From Pseudomonadota bacterium (lineage in GTDB: Bacteria; Pseudomonadota; Gammaproteobacteria; Burkholderiales; Gallionellaceae): a stretch of DNA of 64,000 nt. Every line of letters starts with the position of its first letter. The stretch's first letter is position 1. This document shows, piece after piece, positions 57,680 to 64,000 of the stretch. The translations under genes were made by a program, and so were the position numbers. The notes under the pieces are model-generated. The model was not told the origin of the DNA and searched no databases. It was given only the letters and a program-made list of their open reading frames with translations. Where the stretch lies: NCBI GenBank assembly GCA_040390665.1, contig JAZJXX010000019.1:76254-140253 (forward strand), written 5' to 3'.

Positions 57680-58315
57680 ATGAAAAAATTTACTGCATGG
57701 ATGGCAGCGATGTTGCTGGTCGGGACGACGATGGCTCAGGCTGAAACTGTGGCGCCGGACGTGCTGATCAAAAATACGGTACAGGATGTGCTGGAAATCG
57801 TGCGTCAGGACAAGGATATCAAGGCCGGCAATCAGAAGAAAATTCTGGAACTGGTGGATGCCAAGGTTCTGCCGCATTTTGACTTCAACCGGATGACGCA
57901 GCTGGCGGTCGGTAAAAACTGGCGCACTGCCACGCCGGAACAGAAAAAAAGGCTGATCACCGAATTTCGTAATCTGCTGGTACGTACTTACACCAAGGCA
58001 TTTACTGCATATAGCGATCAGGTTGTCGAAGTGAAGCCATTCAAGATGCCGGCTGACGCCACGGAAGTGACCGTCAAGACTGTTATCAGCAAACAGGGCG
58101 AGCAGCCGACTGCCGTTGACTACGATATGGAAAAAACGCCGACCGGCTGGAAGGCATACGATTTGTCGGTGGAGGGCGTAAGCCTGGTTACCAGCTACCG
58201 CAGCACGTTTTCGGAGCAGATCCAGAAGGGCGGGATTGACGGGCTGATCAACACCCTGGCTGAAAAAAATCAGGCCGCGGCCACTGCGCCGATGCGCAAG
58301 ACCGACGCAAAATGA
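57680..58315 (+). CDS. mlaC: MlaC
   Basis: FDFNRMTQLAVG..W, YDLSVEGVSLV. Confidence 0.93.
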   Translation: MKKFTAWMAAMLLVGTTMAQAETVAPDVLIKNTVQDVLEIVRQDKDIKAGNQKKILELVDAKVLPHFDFNRMTQLAVGKNWRTATPEQKKRLITEFRNLLVRTYTKAFTAYSDQVVEVKPFKMPADATEVTVKTVISKQGEQPTAVDYDMEKTPTGWKAYDLSVEGVSLVTSYRSTFSEQIQKGGIDGLINTLAEKNQAAATAPMRKTDAK

Positions 58316-58614
58316 TTACGCATGACGGCGATCGACTACAGCTAACCGGCAGATTGACCATAGAGGCAGTGCCTGCGTTGGCCAAGAGCGACTTATGGCC
58401 GGCGGGAAGTACTGACGCCGTGATAGATCTGGCTCAAGCCGAGGCAGTCGATTCTGCCACGGTAAGTCTGCTGCTTTCCTGGCTACGCCGTGCACAACGC
58501 GAGCATGTGACGTTATGTTTCGCCAATGTCCCGGAAAATTTATCAAGCCTGATACAACTGTATGACGTGACCGACATGTTGCCGCTCTGCGGTGAGCCGG
58601 CCGGTCAGCCCTGA
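58312..58614 (+). CDS. mlaB: MlaB STAS protein
   Basis: IDLAQAEAVDSATVSLLLSW. Confidence 0.9.
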   Translation: MITHDGDRLQLTGRLTIEAVPALAKSDLWPAGSTDAVIDLAQAEAVDSATVSLLLSWLRRAQREHVTLCFANVPENLSSLIQLYDVTDMLPLCGEPAGQP

Positions 58615-58623
58615 GCAGTCCTC

Positions 58624-59523
58624 ATGTTCCCAGCTGTTGATGTTCGCCAGGTGCATAAGCGCTATGGCGCCCTGCTCGCGCTGTCCGGGGTTGATCTCAA
58701 CATCGGACAGGGCGAATTCTTTGGGTTGCTCGGCCCCAACGGGGCGGGAAAAACGACGCTGATTAATCTGTTGTCGGGTCTGGCATTGCCGGATGCCGGA
58801 CAGATTAAAATTATGGGCCATGATGTGGTGGGGGATTACCGGGGCAGCCGCCGCATGCTGGGAGTAGTGCCGCAGGAATTGGTGTTTGATCCGTTCTTTA
58901 CAGTGCGTGAATCGTTGCGTTTGCAATCCGGTTATTTCGGCATACGCCGCAACGACGCCTGGATTGATGAGGTGATGCATCATCTGGATTTGACCGACAA
59001 GGCGGACGTCAATATGCGCCGTTTGTCCGGCGGGATGAAGCGCCGGGTGCTGGTGGCGCAGGCGCTGGTGCATAAGCCGCCAGTGATCGTGCTGGACGAG
59101 CCCACCGCGGGAGTCGATGTTGAATTGCGCCAGAGCATGTGGCGCTTCATCAATCAGCTCAACCGGGATGGGCATACTGTGCTGCTGACCACGCATTACC
59201 TGGAGGAAGCGGAAACGCTGTGTACCCGTATTGCGATGCTGAAGCAGGGCCGCATCGTGGCCTTGGACAGTACGCAGAATCTGCTTAACACCGTCGTAGG
59301 CTGCCGCGTTCGGCTGAAGCTCGCCGGCACATTGCCGGCAGGCTTGCTGCCGCAGGTGATAGAGCAGGAAGGCAACGAATATCTGCTGACCCTGGCATCC
59401 TATCCTGCGTTGGAGGCAGTGCTGGCGGAACTGCGCCAGGCAGATGTGGCCGTGCTGGAAATGGCCATGCAGCAGCCGGATCTGGAAGAAGTCTTCCTGC
59501 GCGTGGTAGGACGGAATCTATAA
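58624..59523 (+). CDS. ABC transporter ATPase (YadG-like)
   Basis: GPNGAGKTT, LSGGMKRR, LDEPTAGVD. Confidence 0.9.
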   Translation: MFPAVDVRQVHKRYGALLALSGVDLNIGQGEFFGLLGPNGAGKTTLINLLSGLALPDAGQIKIMGHDVVGDYRGSRRMLGVVPQELVFDPFFTVRESLRLQSGYFGIRRNDAWIDEVMHHLDLTDKADVNMRRLSGGMKRRVLVAQALVHKPPVIVLDEPTAGVDVELRQSMWRFINQLNRDGHTVLLTTHYLEEAETLCTRIAMLKQGRIVALDSTQNLLNTVVGCRVRLKLAGTLPAGLLPQVIEQEGNEYLLTLASYPALEAVLAELRQADVAVLEMAMQQPDLEEVFLRVVGRNL

Positions 59524-59533
59524 TGTGCCAGCC

Positions 59534-60289
59534 ATGCTGAGTTTTTATACCCTGTTTTACAAAGAAGTGCTGCGCGTATGGAAGGTCGGCTTTCAGACCG
59601 TACTGGCGCCGGTGTTGACCGCGCTGCTTTACCTGCTGATTTTTTCGCATGTGCTGGCGCAGCACGTCGAGGTATATGAAGGCGTGCACTACACGGCCTT
59701 TCTGATACCGGGACTGGTGATGATGTCGGTGCTGCAGAATGCATTCGCCAACAGCTCGTCCAGCCTGATCCAGTCCAAAATCACCGGCAACATCGTGTTT
59801 GTGCTGCTGGCCCCGGTTTCCTATACTGAGTTTTTTGCCGCTTATGTATTGGCTGCTGTGGTGCGTGGACTGGTGGTCGGAGCCGGCGTATATCTGGCCG
59901 CCCTGTTTTTTGCCCAGCCGCCATTGCTATATCCACTGTGGATTATGTTTTTTGCGATCGCAGGCAGTGCGTTGCTCGGTACGCTGGGGATAGTGGCCGG
60001 CATATGGGCGGAGAAATTCGATCAGTTGGCGGCGTTCCAGAATTTCATCATATTGCCGCTCACGTTTCTGTCGGGGGTGTTTTACTCTATACATTCCTTA
60101 CCCGAGTTCTGGCAGGGCATGTCGCGGCTGAACCCGTTTTTTTATATGATAGACGGTTTCCGCTACGGATTCTTTGGTGTGTCTGATGTTTCGCCCTGGC
60201 TCAGTATGACGGTTGTCAGCGGATGCTTAGTAATGCTCGCCGGGTTCACGCTCGCGATGTTGCGCTCAGGCTATAAGTTGCGTTTTTGA
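59534..60289 (+). CDS. ABC-2 permease (YadH-like)
   Basis: NAFANSSSS, LSGVFY, NPFFYMIDGFR. Confidence 0.9.
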   Translation: MLSFYTLFYKEVLRVWKVGFQTVLAPVLTALLYLLIFSHVLAQHVEVYEGVHYTAFLIPGLVMMSVLQNAFANSSSSLIQSKITGNIVFVLLAPVSYTEFFAAYVLAAVVRGLVVGAGVYLAALFFAQPPLLYPLWIMFFAIAGSALLGTLGIVAGIWAEKFDQLAAFQNFIILPLTFLSGVFYSIHSLPEFWQGMSRLNPFFYMIDGFRYGFFGVSDVSPWLSMTVVSGCLVMLAGFTLAMLRSGYKLRF

Positions 60290-60311
60290 TTATAATTTAG
60301 GATATCGGGAT

Positions 60312-61854
<1,543 letters not shown>

Positions 61855-61863
61855 CGGGCAAAC

Positions 61864-62520
61864 ATGATTACCATAGCTTTATCCAAAGGGCGCATTTTCG
61901 AGGAGACGTTGCCGCTGCTGCAGGCGGCAGGTATTGTCGCGCTGGAAGATCCGGAGTCCTCGCGCAAGCTGATCCTGCCCACCAATCGCGCCGACGTGCG
62001 TCTGATCATCGTACGCGCCTCCGACGTGCCGACCTATGTGCAGTATGGCGCCGCTGACCTGGGCGTAGCGGGCAAGGATGTGCTGAACGAGCACGGAGGT
62101 ATTGGCCTGTATCAGCCGCTGGACCTGAATATCGCGCGTTGTCGCATGATGGTGGCGGTGCGCAACGATTTCGATTATGAATCGGCGGTACGTCAGGGCG
62201 CCCGGTTGCGGGTCGCGACCAAATATCTGCAGACCGCACGCGAACACTTCGCCGCCAAGGGCGTGCACGTGGATCTGATTAAGCTATACGGTTCAATGGA
62301 ACTGGCGCCACTGGTGGGTTTGTCCGATGCCATTGTAGATCTGGTCAGCAGCGGCAACACTTTGAAGGCCAATAACCTCAAGGCCGTCGAGGAGATATAT
62401 GACATTTCCTCGCGGTTAGTCGTGAATCAGGCTTCATTGAAACTCAAGCGTGGAGATATCCAGCCGCTGCTGAATGCATTTGCCCGCGCAGTGGCGAGTC
62501 AGGGCGGGGCAGGCAGATGA
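61864..62520 (+). CDS. hisG: ATP phosphoribosyltransferase (short form)
   Basis: [21 protein letters not shown]. Confidence 0.97.
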   Translation: MITIALSKGRIFEETLPLLQAAGIVALEDPESSRKLILPTNRADVRLIIVRASDVPTYVQYGAADLGVAGKDVLNEHGGIGLYQPLDLNIARCRMMVAVRNDFDYESAVRQGARLRVATKYLQTAREHFAAKGVHVDLIKLYGSMELAPLVGLSDAIVDLVSSGNTLKANNLKAVEEIYDISSRLVVNQASLKLKRGDIQPLLNAFARAVASQGGAGR

Positions 62521-63812
62521 ATATCAGAAGGCTTAACACCCGCCAGGCGGACTTCAATACGCAACTGGATCAGCTGCTGGCCTTTGAGGCCACGGCAGAT
62601 GCACAGCTGGAAGCAACCGTGGCGGCGATATTGGCTGATGTGCGTGTCCGCGGCGATGCCGCTCTGCTGGAATACACGCGCCGCTTCGATCGGCTTGATG
62701 CTGCTGCGGTAACGGCGCTGGAATTGCCGCAGCAGGCGTTGCAGGCTGCATTTGAAGGTTTGCCGGTAAAGCAGCGCGCTGCACTGCAGCAGGCGGCGGA
62801 ACGGATAACCGCATACCATCAGAAACAAATACAGCCGTCCTGGAATTATACCGACCAGGATGGCACCATGCTCGGACAGCAGATTACCCCGCTCGACCGC
62901 GTCGGCTTATATGTCCCCGGCGGCAAGGCGGCTTATCCTTCATCCGTATTGATGAACGCGTTACCCGCTAAAGTCGCCGGGGTGGCCGAGTTGATCATGG
63001 TGGTGCCGACCCCGGACGGCATCCAGAATGCCCTGGTGCTGGCGGCAGCGTATCTGGCCGGAGTGGATCGGGTCTTTACCATAGGTGGAGCGCAAGCGGT
63101 AGCCGCGCTGGCCTATGGCACCGAAACGGTACCCCGCGTGGATAAAATAGTCGGGCCGGGTAACGCCTATGTAGCCGCGGCCAAACGCCGCGTGTTCGGT
63201 GTAGTCGGTATTGACATGATCGCTGGCCCATCCGAAATACTGGTGATTTGTGACGGCAGCACTGATCCCGACTGGATCGCGATGGATTTGTTTTCGCAGG
63301 CTGAGCACGACGAACTCGCGCAGGCTATTTTGCTGACGCCGGATCCGGGTTACGCCGATGCCGTGGCGCGCAGCGCCGACCGTTTGCTGCCACAGATGCC
63401 GCGCCGCGACATTATCCGTGTCGCGCTGGAGCAGCGCGGCGCGCTGATAGAGGTAAGAGATATGGAAGAGGCTTGTGCGCTGAGTAACCGCATCGCACCC
63501 GAGCATCTTGAGCTGTCCGTGCAGGAGCCGCAGCAATGGCTGCCCCGTATCAGGCACGCCGGCGCAATCTTCATGGGACGTTATACTTCTGAATCTCTGG
63601 GAGATTATTGTGCCGGGCCGAACCATGTTCTGCCCACTTCGGGGACTGCGCGCTTTTCTTCCCCGCTCGGGGTGTACGACTTTCAGAAGCGCAGCAGTCT
63701 GATCCAGGTGTCTGCTCAGGGAGCTGTCGTGCTGGGCGAAATTGCGGCTGAACTGGCTCATGGAGAGGGCTTGCAGGCGCATGCCCAATCGGCATTGTAT
63801 CGAAGTAGCTAG
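62517..63812 (+). CDS. hisD: Histidinol dehydrogenase
   Basis: [30 protein letters not shown]. Confidence 0.98.
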   Translation: MNIRRLNTRQADFNTQLDQLLAFEATADAQLEATVAAILADVRVRGDAALLEYTRRFDRLDAAAVTALELPQQALQAAFEGLPVKQRAALQQAAERITAYHQKQIQPSWNYTDQDGTMLGQQITPLDRVGLYVPGGKAAYPSSVLMNALPAKVAGVAELIMVVPTPDGIQNALVLAAAYLAGVDRVFTIGGAQAVAALAYGTETVPRVDKIVGPGNAYVAAAKRRVFGVVGIDMIAGPSEILVICDGSTDPDWIAMDLFSQAEHDELAQAILLTPDPGYADAVARSADRLLPQMPRRDIIRVALEQRGALIEVRDMEEACALSNRIAPEHLELSVQEPQQWLPRIRHAGAIFMGRYTSESLGDYCAGPNHVLPTSGTARFSSPLGVYDFQKRSSLIQVSAQGAVVLGEIAAELAHGEGLQAHAQSALYRSS

Positions 63813-63861
63813 CGTCCTTTTGACAAGGTTGGCGAAAACATGGATAATTATGAGTTCGTTT

Positions 63862-63946
63862 GGAGGGATTCCCGAGCGGTTAAAGGGATCAGACTGTAAA
63901 TCTGACGGCTCTGCCTTCGAAGGTTCGAATCCTTCTCCCTCCACCA
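63862..63946 (+). tRNA. tRNA-Tyr(GTA)
   Basis: GGAGGGA/TCCCTCC acceptor stem, CTGTAAA loop, long variable arm, GTTCGAAT, CCA. Confidence 0.97.
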
Positions 63947-64000
63947 CAATACAAGTTTGAGGCATTGTTTTTGTTAGGCTGGGCTGGATGGTGGTGCCAT

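Overview
Betaproteobacterial chromosome window; the gene content fits Nitrosomonadales/Gallionellaceae, which is my inference. Bases 1-13.7 kb are accessory. A filamentous (inovirus-type) prophage (repressor, excisionase-like gene, gII/X Rep, ssDNA-binding protein, coat proteins, pIII/TspB-like, DUF2523, Zot) ends at a 3' fragment of tRNA-Ile2(CAT) at 10211-10258; its left end lies outside the window. The slot downstream of the phage repressor holds a Kiwa kwaA-like gene that runs off the window, two well-formed integron attC sites with cassette-like genes, and a 130-bp imperfect duplication of the repressor 3' end. The slot downstream of zot holds a secreted ankyrin protein. After the att site come a few codons of a P4-type integrase and an uncharacterised three-gene operon (SAP-like N-terminus protein, small winged-helix-like protein, membrane-anchored alpha/beta hydrolase), a candidate defence system. 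Bases 13.9-64 kb are core genome: flhDC-motAB-che-flhBAFG-fliA-motCD, flgNM, rib/nusB/thiL/pgpA, lpxH, cyclophilin, L,D-transpeptidase, glnS, cysS, a T2SS/MSHA-like cluster, mlaFEDCB, yadGH-like ABC, ibaG, murA, hisGD and tRNA-Tyr. All family calls come from motif recognition only; no searches were run, so novelty is unverified.
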